Source: Cycas panzhihuaensis
Taxonomy: Eukaryota > Plantae > Cycadophyta
Assembly (NCBI GenBank): GCA_023213395.1
Contig: CM041465.1
Span: 217,999,741-218,063,740 of the forward strand
Reading direction: 5' to 3'
DNA length: 64,000 nt
This document shows positions 1 through 12,530 of this stretch, piece after piece; the stretch's first letter is position 1; every line of letters starts with the position of its first letter. The notes below the pieces were generated by a model. The model had not been told where the DNA came from, did no database searches, and was given only the letters and a program-made list of their open reading frames with translations. Made by a program: the position numbers and the translations under genes.

Positions 1-9
1 ATACATATA

Positions 10-3000
10 TCACTGCAAGTTTAGCAATGTCTTTCCCACTCCAAAGTGTCCTGCAACTCGAGAGGTGTGAGCTTCTCTTATCCACTTCATTCGGTCTGCA
101 TGCTTTAGAATGCAAAGCTTGTCTTGCTTGCAAAGAAGTCCATCTTTTAGCTGGAGATCAGCAACTACTTTTCCTTGCTGTAGCTGCTCAAAGATAGGCT
201 TGAATGCCTCATCTTTCAAATACAAATCAACATATTCATCATGGCAGAAAGGTTGAAATTGCATAACTACCAACAAACTAGAAATACCTTATTGTTGAGG
301 AGGTCTAGACAGCAAGTCTGTAATCTTATTCATTGTTCCTTTCTTGTATTTAACCACGATGTGAAATTACTGCAAATAGGACATCCACTTCATGTGCCTA
401 GCCTACTGCAATTTGGCCTGAGTCTGCAAGAATTGAAAAGACTTATGGTCGGTGTGGATTACCACTTATTTTCCCAACAAATATGGTCTCTAATACTTCA
501 CTGCTTAGTGTAATGCATAGAGCTCCTTATCATAAGTTGGGTAGTTTATGACAGCTCCATTAAATGTCTTTGAATGGTATGCTATTGGTTTTCCTTCTTG
601 CTTCAATACTGCTCCCATGGTATAGCCTAAAGCATCAGTCTCCAATTCAAATGGTTTCTACAGTGAGGGTAAAGCTAACACTGGTGCCTCACAAATTTTC
701 TGCTTCAAAAGCCTGAAAACTTTTTCTTGTTCATTCTCCCAATAAAACTTTGTATGTCCTCCTGTCAATGCATGAAGAGGTGTTGCAATTTGAGAGAATT
801 TGGAAATAAATTTTCTTAAATATTGACATGGACCAATGAAACTTATTACCTTTGTGGTTGTCTTGGGTGTGGGCTAATTAAGAATGACTTTAATCTTTGC
901 TGGGTCAATCTTCAATTCTCCTCCTCTAACCACGAAACCTAAGAAGATGAGAGATTGCTTTCCAAACTCGCACTTCTTCAGATTTAGTTTCAACTGCTGC
1001 TCTTGGAGAACTTTGAGCACTTTCTTGACATGTTGGAGGTGCTCCTCCCATGTATGGCTAAAAATTAGAATATCATCTAGATAAACAATTATAAAGTCAT
1101 CAATGAAGGGTCTTAATACCTCATTCATCAACCTCATGAAGGTTATAGGTGCATTGCATAGACTAAACGGCATCACCAACCATTCAAACAATCCTTGCTT
1201 CGATTTGAAGGCTGTCTTCCAAGTATCCTCCTCTTAGATTTGAACCTAACGGTAGCCTATTTTTAGGTCCATTTTGCTAAAATATCTTGCCGACTACAGC
1301 TGGTCCAATAAGTCATCTATCCATGGTAAGGGATGTCTATTCTTTATGGTGATCTTGTTCAAAGCCCGGTAGTCAATGCACATTCTCCACCCTCCATCTT
1401 TCTTTGGTACCAAAACAATAGGTAAACCACATGGGGAACAACTCAACTTGATCACTCCTTGTTCCAAGAGTTCTTGAATCTGCCTCTTAATCTCTTCATT
1501 CTCCAAAACTAAGTTTTGGTAGAGACTAAGATTTGGCAAAGGTGAATTAGCAATCAACTGGATTTCATGTTTAATTACCCTTTTAGGGGGCAGCCCTTTT
1601 GGCTCTTGGAATACGTCATTGTACCTATTTCTTAGGCCTTTAATCTGTTGCACTTGCTTCCTATCCAGTTCTTGTATTAAGGACTCTGCTTGCTCTTTTT
1701 CTTCCACCTTTTACTTTATCATCAGCAGCATAAACTTCCTACAAGCATTAATCAATCTTTTCACTTGTTGGGAAGATATGAGAGAAATCTTCTTTTGTGG
1801 CTTTGATGCATTGATTAGATATGATCTCCTATCCTTGATGAGTCAAATCTTTCTTAGCCTCCTATGATGAACTCCATCTCTATCATAGAGATATGGGTTG
1901 CCAAACACAACTTGACAAACATCCAAAGGGACTATCTCACATTCAACTTCATCAATGAAATTTTTAGATATTACAAATTTAAACTTACATTGGTGAGTAA
2001 CCTGCAACTCTGAATCTTTTTGCAGCCATCTAAGAGGATATAGTTTTGGATATGTATGCATTTTTAATCCTAGTTTCTTTACCAATGCTTCTGAGATTAA
2101 ATTCTTTTGGTTTCCTCTATCAAAGATGGCATCAACCAAACTTTGCTTCACTTGGATTCTTACCATGAAGAGCTCTTCTCTAATCTCTAGATCAACTTGC
2201 TAATGGTTACTTTTAGGCTCTGCATTAGCCATGAGTATCAACTTCTCATTAGCTTCTTCAATGTCACAAACATCTTCATCACCTATAGAGTTAAGTAAAG
2301 CTTTATTAATTTTACCTTTCCCCTTGTTCTTGGGTCGTTTCTCTCAGTGTAGGAACCAACAATCTTCTATGCTATGACCCGCTCACTTGCAATGAGTACA
2401 AGTGACTTTGATTTGGGTAGTATTGGCTTATTTCTTCTTGCCAAAACCTCCAATAGATTGTTGTCCAACTTTACCTGGAAACCTCATTCCTCGGGCAGGT
2501 TTGTTGCTACCTTCTTGAGGTGCAAACCTTTTTCTCTCAGCATAAGCCTTCTTGTTCCTCTTTTCTATGGCAATCACCTTCTTGCTAACTTCATCGAGTG
2601 ATTTAACTTCAAACAGTTGAAGTTCTTGTTGAATATGCTAGTGCAGTCCTCTAATATATTTTAGCATCACGTCTTTACCCAGTAAAGAGATGCCCAACAT
2701 AACAGCTTGCTTTTGAAATTCTGTTGTATAGTCTTGGACATTTTGGCCTCTTTCCTATCAGTAATATTGTCATTTAATCCTCTGTTGCTCTTCATATCCA
2801 ATAGGATAGAATTACTTCTTTATGAGGATTTTAAATTGTTGCCAAGTAATTTCATTTATATTATGGAATTTAAGGTATGCATTCCACCAAACTAATGCAT
2901 GTTTAGACAATTTTAACCTAGCAAAAGTAATTTTCTGCTAGTTTTTATACCCATAAATAGAAAAGTATGTTTCCAGTTGGTCCAACCAACCATCTAATTT

Positions 3001-3366
3001 TTCAGCATCCAAAGTTCCATCATAGATGGGCAATTCAAGTTTTGCCTTTACCTTGAATGGATGTGTTATTACCGCTGGATTGTCATCTTCTTATTAGTCT
3101 TCTACTAGCTTTTCATTTGTTTCCTCTTTCATTAGTTCATCTTCTTCCTTCTTTATGCCTTTGGCTATTAAAGAAGAAGTTGCAACTAGTTGTGTCATAA
3201 GTTGGGTTAGTCTGTCAAGATTTTGTTCCATCTTTACGAACCTTTCCTCCATTTTTTGCTCTAGATCAGCCATCTTCCTTCGTTGTCTACATTCTTTCTC
3301 AAGAGGTTCGGTTAAAGGTTCACTCGTTAACAAATACTGATATCCAGTTTTCATAAAAACTTTCAC
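10..3366 (-). pseudogene. gag-pol: Degenerate Gypsy gag-pol (gag, aspartic protease, RT, RNase H, start of integrase)
   Basis: ORF fragments: 1294-1707 ([23 protein letters not shown]), 874-1191 ([10 protein letters not shown]), 1843-2166 (PR), 10-276 (INT Zn-binding), 3094-3366 (gag N-term). Many stops and frameshifts. Confidence 0.93.
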
Positions 3367-3437
3367 AACGAAAGCAAGAGGTTTTTTTTTTTTCTTTTCT
3401 TTTTCTTCAAAAATCCCTAAGTTCCCAAGGCTTTCAA

Positions 3438-3457
3438 GAAACCTGGCTCTGATATCA
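3438..3457 (-). promoter_or_regulatory. Primer-binding site, tRNA-iMet
   Basis: GAAACCTGGCTCTGATATCA matches the 3' 20 nt of plant tRNA-iMet (GAAACCUGGCUCUGAUACCA) with one C>T. Confidence 0.9.
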
Positions 3458-3459
3458 AA

Positions 3460-4264
3460 ATATTGATCTAAATTTGAATGGAAAAGTGAAGACTTAAACC
3501 AATTAAAACAAATCCAGAATAATTTACAATAATATTACATAAAATTAAAGATATTTTAAATTTTCTTACAAAACTCCTTTTGTTTGTGCTCTATTGAGCA
3601 TGCAAAGGACTGCTACAGCAATTGGAAGAGAAGAACTAAGTGCTAGGCACTTCTTGAGCTACTACACGCTTTTTGGAACCTCTGCTTTTGAAGTTTGCAT
3701 AGAGTTTTTAGTTGCTGTTAACCAAAAATCTTCTTTCTTGGTGAAGAAATCCTACTAGCATCTCTTTCTTGGACTGCTACTACTGCTATTTTCCTCTCTT
3801 GACTGCAACTTTAATTTCTTGGGCTCCTTGACGATCCCCATAGTAGATTTTAGGTGTTATTCTACTGCACTTCCATTCCTTTTTCTCTCTACGCAGAATT
3901 TCAGTTGTTGGAGCCATTCTCTCTTTCTGGAAAGTAATTTTTAGACAACTCACCTCGAATCTTGCTCCAGGTACTGCGTTTATGGCTGCGGTGTCCTCTT
4001 TTCCTCTCCTTCATCCTAAGATCTTGCCATTTTAAAACCCTATAATGCATTTTATTTTTTTGCATTAGGTTTTCTATTTTTCTATTCTCCAATGGATTTT
4101 AAAATGGTTAAGAAATCTTGACTAAATCCTTTTAATTAGGAGGTTTTTCTCTTCAATCATGTAGAGGACACGTGTGAGAAGTTCCTCCTAAAATTTCGTG
4201 CGAAACAGACTTTGTTTATGCCACCAAAATCACTGCTGTTTTTATTATTTTTCTATTTTTCACA
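3460..4264 (-). repeat. 5' LTR of the CRM-like Gypsy (boundaries approximate)
   Basis: Lies between the PBS and an abrupt switch to Copia gag-like repeats at about 4265. The partner LTR is not in the window. Confidence 0.55.
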
Positions 4265-4455
4265 CTTCAGGTAGCAGTTGATGCACCTGGGTAGCAGTTG
4301 ACGCACCTACAGTTGCAGTTGACATAGTTGACACACCTACAGTTGTAGTTGATGTAGTTGATGCACCTGTAGTTACAGTTGATGCACCTAGGTAGCACCT
4401 AGTTGCACTTGTAGAAATACCTTTTTTTTACATTTTTTAAGACTCTTTAAGGCAT
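4265..4455 (-). repeat. Short degenerate tandem repeats (AGGTGCATCAACTGC-type) encoding Thr/Ser/Gly/Ala-rich peptide; probable gag N-terminus of element A
   Basis: The minus strand reads ATG (4455) ... GASTVTTGASTTSTTTVGVSTMSTATVGASTAT, at the position where gag starts in element B. Confidence 0.5.
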
Positions 4456-5072
4456 TTTTCTACTAAATGAAGATCATAAACATGAAAAAATAAAGTATTT
4501 AAAGAGTATTATGAACTTAAAGATATGAAAACAGATCAGATAAAAAAGCTAAATATAATAAGAAAGGTTTAATGAAATGTTAGGGAGAAATTTAACAAGT
4601 ATGAAATTAAATAGGAAAATCGTTGATTTGTAAACTGAATGTTATAAGGGAGGGGTTTAAATTTTCTCCTAAAATTTATTGTATTAAATATATTTGATTA
4701 AAAAGTTTTAAAAAGAAAAATATTAATAAAAGAGTGTTTGTAATAATAGAGGGTTTGTTTATATACTAATCATAATAGAAGAAATTATATAAAGTATAGG
4801 GAAAGTGTTTATTTTGTTTTATTAAACAAACATTATAAAGGGGGAATTAATTTTTATAATAAAGTGTAAGAGGGGCTTATGTATAAAAAAGTTTAAATGT
4901 AATACACTATAATAAGGGAGGGGAGGGAGGGCTAAACGTAAAAAGATTTAACTTTGATTTAGCCTAAGATTAATTAGGCTTAATATATATATATAAACAA
5001 TATTAAGAGGGGATTAAAGATTATACATTAAGGTTAAAATCAAATGTTGTTAAACTAAGGTTATATCTATCT

Positions 5073-5074
<2 letters not shown>

Positions 5075-5140
<66 letters not shown>
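5075..5140. repeat. (AT)n microsatellite in the Copia A leader
   Basis: Pure AT run; an equivalent run lies at 28481-28510 in Copia B. Confidence 0.97.
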
Positions 5141-5143
<3 letters not shown>

Positions 5144-5896
5144 TAAATAAAAAAGAAAAGAAAAATGTAGGCAGATCCGATGAGTTTGTTAAATTTATAA
5201 AACAAAATGAAATTTAAAAATCAAATGGGGTCCGTGGGGGAGGTAAGGTTGAAACCCTACTTGGTAAACCCGTGGCGGTGATGTTTCTCCTTTGCAGATC
5301 GATTGAAGAGGAGCAGCGAGGAGAGAAGATGGATCTTTTGCAGGTCATTCCTCTACATTTGTTAAGGCGAGATGGCTAGGGATCTCTGGTTCTTTCACGC
5401 TTGCAAATCTTTTTCGAATGCATCTTCTCTTTGATAATAAAAAACCAAGGACGTTGCCAAGGGAACCCAAGGCCACGACCAGCACGAACTTGCTTTCTGC
5501 CAAATCCTGCATGCTTCCCTTTGTTTCATGAGGTCTCATGGATCGTTACATTCCGTTCGATGTTTGACTATGCTTTTGCTACTATCAACGGAGAAAAATC
5601 TCTGGTATTTACAGGCAGAGTCCTAATATTTGCAGACACAGCCTTAATATTTGCTAACATAACCCTACAAGCAGCTAAGGCAGACTATTGATGGAAGCTG
5701 ATATATTATGGATGCAAATGATACACACTGGGATTATTATAATGATTAGATTAGGCATAATCCTCCCCCAATGGTTGTAACCACTTGTAACAATAGATGG
5801 TTATAACTCACTATAAAGAGAGGATACAAACAAAAGCACTTGTTCTGGATATGACAAATAACAGTCCAGTATTTATGGGAAACAACCCACTATCAA

Positions 5897-6624
5897 CATG
5901 ATGAAAGTGTGTACATAGCCAAGCTTGCTAAGCAGTCAGAGCGCTATGAGGAGATGGTAGAGTATATGGAAAAGGTATCTAAGATAGTGGATGTGGAGGG
6001 ACTAACCATGGAGGATCCAAATCTACTATAAGTGGCTTACAAAAATGTTATTAGAGCACGCAGGAAGAGAGCAAGAGAAATGAAGAACATGTTACAATGA
6101 TAAGGGAATATAGAGAAAAGGTTAATTTAGAGCTTAACAACATTTGTGATAGTATTTTGCACCTTCTTGACACCCATCTTATTCCTTCATCCACATTTGG
6201 TGAGTCTAAGGTGTTTTACCTTATGATGAAGGGTGATTACCATCAGCATCTTGCAGTATTTAAAACAGGAGCTGAGAGGAAGGAAGCTGTGGAAAACACA
6301 TTGCTAGCATACAAGTCTGCTCAAGATATTGCATTGGCAGACTTGGCTCCCACACATCCTATTGGATTGGGGCTTGCCCTCAACTTCCCTATCTTCTACT
6401 ATGAAATTTTGAATTCACCAGATTGAGCCTATTTGTTTTCTAAACAGGCCTTTGATGAGGCAATTACAGAGTTGGATACGTTAGGGGAAGAGTCTTACAA
6501 GGACAACACACTCATTATGCAACTCCTTCATGATAATCTTACTTTATGGACTTCAGATATGCAGGAGGATACTTGAGGTGATGAAATCAAGGAAGCTCCA
6601 AAGCGTGAGGAAGGGGAGGGATAT
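5897..6624 (+). pseudogene. GF14: Processed (intronless) 14-3-3 retrocopy, non-epsilon type, antisense to host Copia A
   Basis: Translates [23 protein letters not shown]...NLL*VAYKNVI...[11 protein letters not shown]...[35 protein letters not shown]...[54 protein letters not shown]. It is continuous across the usual plant intron positions, has three stops, and lacks the ASWRIISSIEQ segment near 6063. Confidence 0.96.
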
Positions 6625-6638
6625 TGGCTCTGATACCA
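6625..6638 (-). promoter_or_regulatory. PBS (tRNA-iMet) of Copia A
   Basis: TGGCTCTGATACCA is the reverse complement of TGGTATCAGAGCCA and directly abuts the LTR end (TG at 6639). Confidence 0.95.
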
Positions 6639-7072
6639 TGTGAGAATAGGTACATGTACAATATCATAGGATTACATAAACTAATATACATAGGTAAAAT
6701 CAGATATTACATATGTACACATGCTGTGATAGGTGGAAAACCACTTCTGAGGAAGAAAAACCACCATCTAAAGCTAAGATTTTATTAAAGAACAGACTAT
6801 ACAACATACCATAAATAATATCACCTATGTATGACAAACTAGCCTTTGAAATAGGCTTTAGACAACCTTCTAGATTCTCAGAACCACCTCCTTGAATCTA
6901 AGAGAAGACATTAATAACAAGAAAGGTTCGTTGAAATGGGCAGTTACACATTTCAACAACCTTTCACATAATAATTAAATAAACTCTAAGCTTTAAACAT
7001 TAGAATCACTTAAATATAAATTTACACATGTGACTTAAATAAAACATAAAAGTAACATTAATAATCCTAACA
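6639..7072 (-). repeat. 5' LTR of Copia A (434 bp)
   Basis: TG...CA ends. The reverse complement shares TGTTAGGA.T.TTAATGTTAC, AACTGCCCATTTCAAC.AACCT, GGTGGTTTT(T)CTTCC..AGAAG..GTTTTCCACC and CATGTGTA..TATG.AAT with 27169-27609 and 33549-33989. Confidence 0.88.
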
Positions 7073-8561
7073 ATTAATATGTGGTCATAAGCCCAAAAAT
7101 TGATATATACCATGGAAAAACTCCTGACATGTTTGGTTGGGTCTTTGGGAGGAAGTGCTATCAAATTTAGGCACTTTGGGAGGATAGGGAGGCAGGTTAG
7201 TCCTTTAGGCCTCTAAGGAAAGAGGTGTTTACCTATGAGCTAAGGGGTCATATAAAGGTAAAGAAGGGGGTGGGCATGGTTGTTTGATCCTGCAATGAGA
7301 ATGATGGGTACATGAGGAGCATGGGTTTCCACTCACTTAATGAGATGAGACCATACTAATGTGCTAGAAAGGAGGATGGGAGGAAGGTGGGTGAGAGGGT
7401 CTCATCCCACCTTGGGGACATGCCCCCTATGTGGGTTGCATATGAGAGTAACAAGAATATAGGGGTACGAGCCTCTCAAGTATAGGAGATATATACAACA
7501 TAGTACATAAAGATGAAGGTGTGGAAAATAGGATGGGGTTTTATTCGTATAGGCCACCTATGGAAGGTGTGACCCCATTAGGATGGAATGAATACACCTT
7601 GTAAGTTGGGAGAGGATTTGCCCCTCCATGCCCCCAAGCTTAGGATGTATACCCTGGAGGTATATATAGGGATGAATCTCTAGGTTGTAGATAGGGACGT
7701 GTGGGAGTGGGTCCCATATGATTTGAAGGATGGGAGGGAAGAGATATTCTAGGTCGAACAAAAGGGGTATGAGCCACAATAGGTATGGCACAGTCATTTG
7801 GATGGGAATAAGCATGCTCACCCTGATTTGGGATATGGATACACCTTGGAATGGGTTTCATGCATGAGGAACATATGAAGCCAACAAGATGGTTAGAGTG
7901 GGCTCTACCATGGATGTAGGAAAAGAATGGGACAGAGTGGGAGGTGTGGATCGAGGTATGGATGGGGTGATGCCATGAAGGTCCTCTAACCACTTAGAGC
8001 ATGGTTAGGTAGTCGTGGCTTTGAAGCATTGCCGTAGTGCTTCAACCACATTTGTAAGAGGGATTCTTGCTTGCTCGTACAAGGTGGGACCCATAAGATG
8101 ATCTTCATGGGAGCTCTCACTAGGGTGAAAGCTTTCCATGGAGGAATATTAACCTACATCGTGCGTAGGGAAAGGGTGGAATTTAGGGTGTGTATGGGCA
8201 CTTAGGTAGAAAATAGGATCTTTGCCCTCTTGGGTAAGATCTCATAGAGGGTTAGAAGCTGGGATTTAAGACTCAGAAATATAGGCATGGTATGTCCACA
8301 TTGATGGGTATCCCTCTATCATGGACTCAGAGTTGAATGAGGGGACAAGAGAGTAAGGAGGTTCTTTCGAGACTAGGGGGAGACCATATAAGCAGCGAGA
8401 GAAATGTCACATCCACATCTCACCTAAAAAAGGTTGTAGAAGAAGAGTAACCAAATAGAAACAAAAGTTAGGGTTGCCCAACAAATCATAAAGATGAGGG
8501 AAATGAAGGAGGCTTACTTTAGGAAGATTGAAGGAAAAGTTACAATTTTCCTTACTAGTGG

Positions 8562-8580
8562 GTCCCTAGTATGGTCGCCA
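8562..8580 (-). promoter_or_regulatory. PBS, tRNA-Arg type (Ogre/Tat)
   Basis: Reverse complement TGGCGACCATACTAGGGAC resembles the TGGCGACTCCACTGGGGAC-type PBS. Confidence 0.65.
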
Positions 8581-8815
8581 GTGGAAGCGTACCTCTAGGG
8601 GTTAGTAGGTCATGACTATTCTTACTAGTAATGGATGATAATGAATAGGAGGAAAAAATGTGGCTGAGATACCCTCAAAGGGTGTCCACACATTAGAATG
8701 CAGATTCAAGGACCCACAGTTGTGCATAAGCTACCTCTTTTCTAGGGGTCTTCTTGGTGCAAAACAGAGGGGCTGATAAAGGCATCCTCAGGTTACCAAG
8801 TAGCCAAGGTAGGGC

Positions 8816-9307
8816 TGGTGGAATAATAATAATAGGACTATGCTCTGATACCAAATGATGGAATATAAAGTTTGCAAGACTATGCTCTAATACTAAATGA
8901 TGGAAAATATACTAGCAAGGAGAACAGGTCAGAACATATATTAAATAACCATAAACCAATATTGCATCAATACATCAATATGTCACAATCACAATAGCAT
9001 AAAGAACATGAAAGCCTTGTTGTTCAATCCATTGTAGCAATAATGAGCATTACAAATCTCCTCAAAGGTAGGCGGTGTCTAAAAACACCAGGGTTGTACA
9101 CCCCATAACATTTATAGTTTTGGAGGAGGAGGGAAACTCCTCAACCCCTGAATTCAAATTAATAATAGAATAATACTAACTTAACTCAAATGAAACTAAC
9201 CCAACTTACCTTAACTTACCTTGATATGTTGAGCATCACATGTCTAAATTGAGGTGCACAATCCTGGTAGGTAAGAGGGAGTTGAGTAATGACATTACAC
9301 TCCAACA
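8816..9307 (-). repeat. 3' LTR of element C, with two embedded PBS copies
   Basis: Direct repeat of 13753-14244. GCTCTGATACCA at 8842-8853 and a degenerate copy at 8884-8895. Confidence 0.96.
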
Positions 9308-9354
9308 TTCTACCCCTTAATATCAGCACGAACACTTGTATCTTTTCCTTGAAC

Positions 9355-10041
9355 TTATGGAACTGGTACTTGAAAAAAACCTTTGAAATGCTGATCTTGA
9401 TCTTTATCAACTCTTCTCACCCTTATGGTCACATATATCTCTTTATCATAGAATGATGTAGGAAGACTATAGGTCGATGAAACTTGATGCAAATGTAGAT
9501 GAATAGCTGTAATTTGGACTTTGTCAACAGGAACATTATGAAGGCTTTGAACTTGAACTTTTGTAATCTTTATACTTTGAACAACTGTCATATCATCAGG
9601 TTCATTCTTCGTTATGTTATAAGGTTCATCTTCATGATGCTCCCCCTCAAATGGAGGATCAAATCCTTGTGCAACAAGGTGGTCATGCATTTGATATGAA
9701 TCCTCATGGTTGTTGTCGTCATGATCTATCTGCTCACACTGCCTCACATGCTCATCAAAAGTTTCATCAAATACATTGGGGGTATCTCCCCCATAAATGG
9801 AAATCAATAAATCCCAAACAAACTTAGATATTGTTAATTCAGAAACCAGTGAAAAAACATCATCAGTCATAGTGCAAAATAATAAACCTAAAACTTTATT
9901 ATCTTTTCTAAAATTGTCTTTAATGCTAAGGTCACATTCATGTTATAAATACTTTAAAAGATCATGTTCAATAAAGTAAGTTTACATGGTGTCATACCAT
10001 AGTGAAAAGTTATGGCCATCGAAAATGGGGAATTGTGCCAT
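9355..10041 (-). pseudogene. gag: Truncated Copia-type gag (DUF4219/UBN2-like N-terminus)
   Basis: MAQFPIFDGHNFSLWYDTM*TYFIEHDLLKYL*...KDNKVLGLLFCTMTDDVFSLVSELTISKFVWDLL, in frame with ORF 9355-9870. Two TAA stops, probably from CAA. Confidence 0.75.
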
Positions 10042-12404
10042 TTTGAAAGCAATGTGATCAATAAGAAAATAATGATGCCTTTCAAAGCAAACTTAAAACC
10101 TCTTTTTCACTTATGCAAAACTAAAATAAACTCTTGAGAATGAAATATAAAGAGTTTTCAAAAAATGCCAATTTCTCAAATGAGTAATGTAAATCTCCAA
10201 TATAAAAAATTTCCTTTTTATATAAAAAATAACTTTTCTTTGAGAAAAATATATATATTGCCTTATGAACAAATTCTGGTTTAAAACAACTTAAAATGCT
10301 TGTAGAAAGATCAAGTAGAAGCCTTGAGTAAACAATGAGATATGAACTAGAATTTTCTTTAAAAAATTTGAAAGAAGACAAGCTTATTAGGATGTACGTA
10401 TATGCTCAACTTTAACAGCTTGAAAATTATATTGAATAATGTCAGAATAACTTAAGATTCTACCAATATGTAGATTAATAAGGTGTGAATCCAATGAAAT
10501 AAATGGTTTTGAAAATGGGTACCAATAAATTATGATTTGAATGAGGTAAAGGTATGGATCTCCTTATGGGGCTTAACAGGAGTAGGGTAGTCAAAATTAC
10601 ATAAAATTACTAATTAACCTTTAGAAAAAGTTGAACAAAGGATCAAATATTATTTATAAAGTAATCAATGTTCTTTCAATTGAAAATTTTTGAAAAATAT
10701 GTTAAAAAAAGGTGTAAAAGACAGTAGATTTGGGGCAATAAGGTACCTCAACTTTGACTGATTTGAAATTTAGGAAGATAATGTCAAAATATATAAAACA
10801 ATATGTGAAAATGAAGAGAAATGAGTCAGATTCCCAACGAAGCTAACGAAATTGAAATCTAATAAAAAATGAGAAAGTTATAGTGAAAAATGTAACAGGT
10901 ATTTTTATGTAGGATGTTAGCAAACAGACAAAAACAACTAAATTCCTTGTTTCAGCGATTAAAATATTAATGAAGGTGAACTCAAAAAATTGAAGTAAAA
11001 AGTGGGTATTCAAGTCTATACAACGTAGATAATTATAGAGGTAATTTGGGCAAAATACTATTTACCAGAAATAAATGACAGCCAGTTCTAAAAACGATTT
11101 GTTAAAAATGCAAAAAAAGCTGAAATTTTGAAAGTATAATGTTAAAATGGTCGAAACAAGGTCAAATTGGCACCAAATTGGTCTTATGACCAACAAATCG
11201 GTACGTAAAATTTCTGATCTATTGGAGTAGGTTTCGTCTGAAACCGATGCTCCAACGAGAAGTTATGGCCACAAAAGCACTAATAACTCTATGAAAAATA
11301 AAATTTTGAAAGGAAAAAAAAAGGTTAAAAGGACTAGATTATTAAAAATAGCTTCTTAAAAATGGGCTCAAGATGGACCGAAATGGATTGAACCCAAGAT
11401 CAGTCAGAGACTAAAGACCTCCGATACCAAAAGGGTGAACTCGCTCGTCGAGAATAAAAGATTATTAAAATCCTTAAAACTGGATTTAAAATGAACATAT
11501 AATAAATAAATATGATTATGAGGAATAAGATTTAATGAACCGAATAATAATAATGCAACAATAATAATGCAACGCAAATATCAAAAAATACAGCGCAATG
11601 TATAAACGCACAAAGAAGCCGTAATAATGAATATAATGATCAAACGGGCAGCCGCAATGGACTGTATGTACAACAAAACAAAAGACGCCTCACAATAATG
11701 GAAGAAGACGTAGTGAATATATAAGCTGCAGAGCCGTAATATGGCAGAACAATGCAAATACATGGACACACACAAAGGCATAATAATGATCAAATATGAG
11801 TAATGAATGGCAACGCATGAACTGAATATGTACAGTCAAGCGCCGATAAACGGGGTAAACGCGATGGGCAATGGCCTGAATATGTACAGTCAAATGGCAA
11901 CGCATGAGCTGCCACCGATTATGAGTGCATTAAAGAAGACGCAAATAGCAAACAACCGTCAAATGCGAGAGGGAAGGCTTACAATATAGCGGACCATGGA
12001 TAACAATAATGACCCAACGGGAGCAAAGGCGACTTGAACAATAACGAATAATCAAACGGCCTCAATAGTGACCGAATAGAAAGCCAAACGGCGTAAGTGA
12101 ATTCAAAGCCAAAGCGGCAATAATGGGCGGCGGGCTTAGCTGCGGGCCGATGGCGCAAAGCCCGAGACGGGAAGAAGGGCCGGAAGGGAGAGCGGAGGCG
12201 GAGCGCTGAAAGGATACACGCAAGCAACATCCAAAACGAAGGCAGCAGAGAGGCAGAGTCACGGAGACGGGGCGCTGAAAGGAGATATACACGCAAGCAA
12301 TAGCTGAAATGAAGGCAGACAGAAATGCCAAAGAGCGCAGGGCTATCGAACGGTGAACGGCACTGTCAAAGAGCTATTAATACAATGGAACTACACCACA
12401 GTAA

Positions 12405-12530
12405 AGGGCAGAGAGCTAGCAGCAAATGCAACCGTAAGTTATGGGCAAAGGATAGAGAGCTAGCAGCAAATGCAACCTTAAGTTACAGGCAAAGGGCAGA
12501 GAGCTAGCAGCAAATGCAACCGTAAGCTAC
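12405..12530. repeat. Three copies of a ~43-bp repeat (AGAGAGCTAGCAGCAAATGCAACC core)
   Basis: Visible direct repeats inside the CpG-rich tract of element C. Confidence 0.85.

Larger units (their letters stand above)
1..4264 (-). mobile_element. Ty3/Gypsy LTR retrotransposon (CRM-like chromovirus), 5' part; runs off the left edge
   Basis: Minus-strand order is LTR, PBS, gag, PR, RT, RH, INT. PR 'VDAIFDRGNQKNLISEALVKKLGL..YPLRWLQ' and INT zinc finger 'EAHTSRVAGHFGVGKT' resemble the CRM clade. The right boundary (...TTTTTCACA, 4264) is inferred; the TSD cannot be checked. Confidence 0.85.
4265..7072 (-). mobile_element. Ty1/Copia element A, 5' part (LTR, PBS, captured block, leader, probable gag start), interrupted by the Gypsy
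   Basis: LTR 6639-7072 is homologous to the LTRs of Copia B. The leader layout also matches B: GTAGGGTTTC motif, (AT)n, then an AT-rich tract with C-runs. Confidence 0.75.

Noticed and set aside
3438-3457. tRNA-Met gene
   Set aside because: Only the 3' 20 nt are present, in PBS position next to an LTR.
5689-5895. Solo LTR (TGATGG...CTATCA) next to the 14-3-3 copy
   Set aside because: The flanking 5-mers (ACTAT and ACATG) do not form a TSD, and there is no homologous LTR in the window.
6097-6426. ORF as a functional 14-3-3 gene
   Set aside because: It is part of an intronless copy with stops, a frameshifting deletion and substitutions at conserved residues, inside a retrotransposon.
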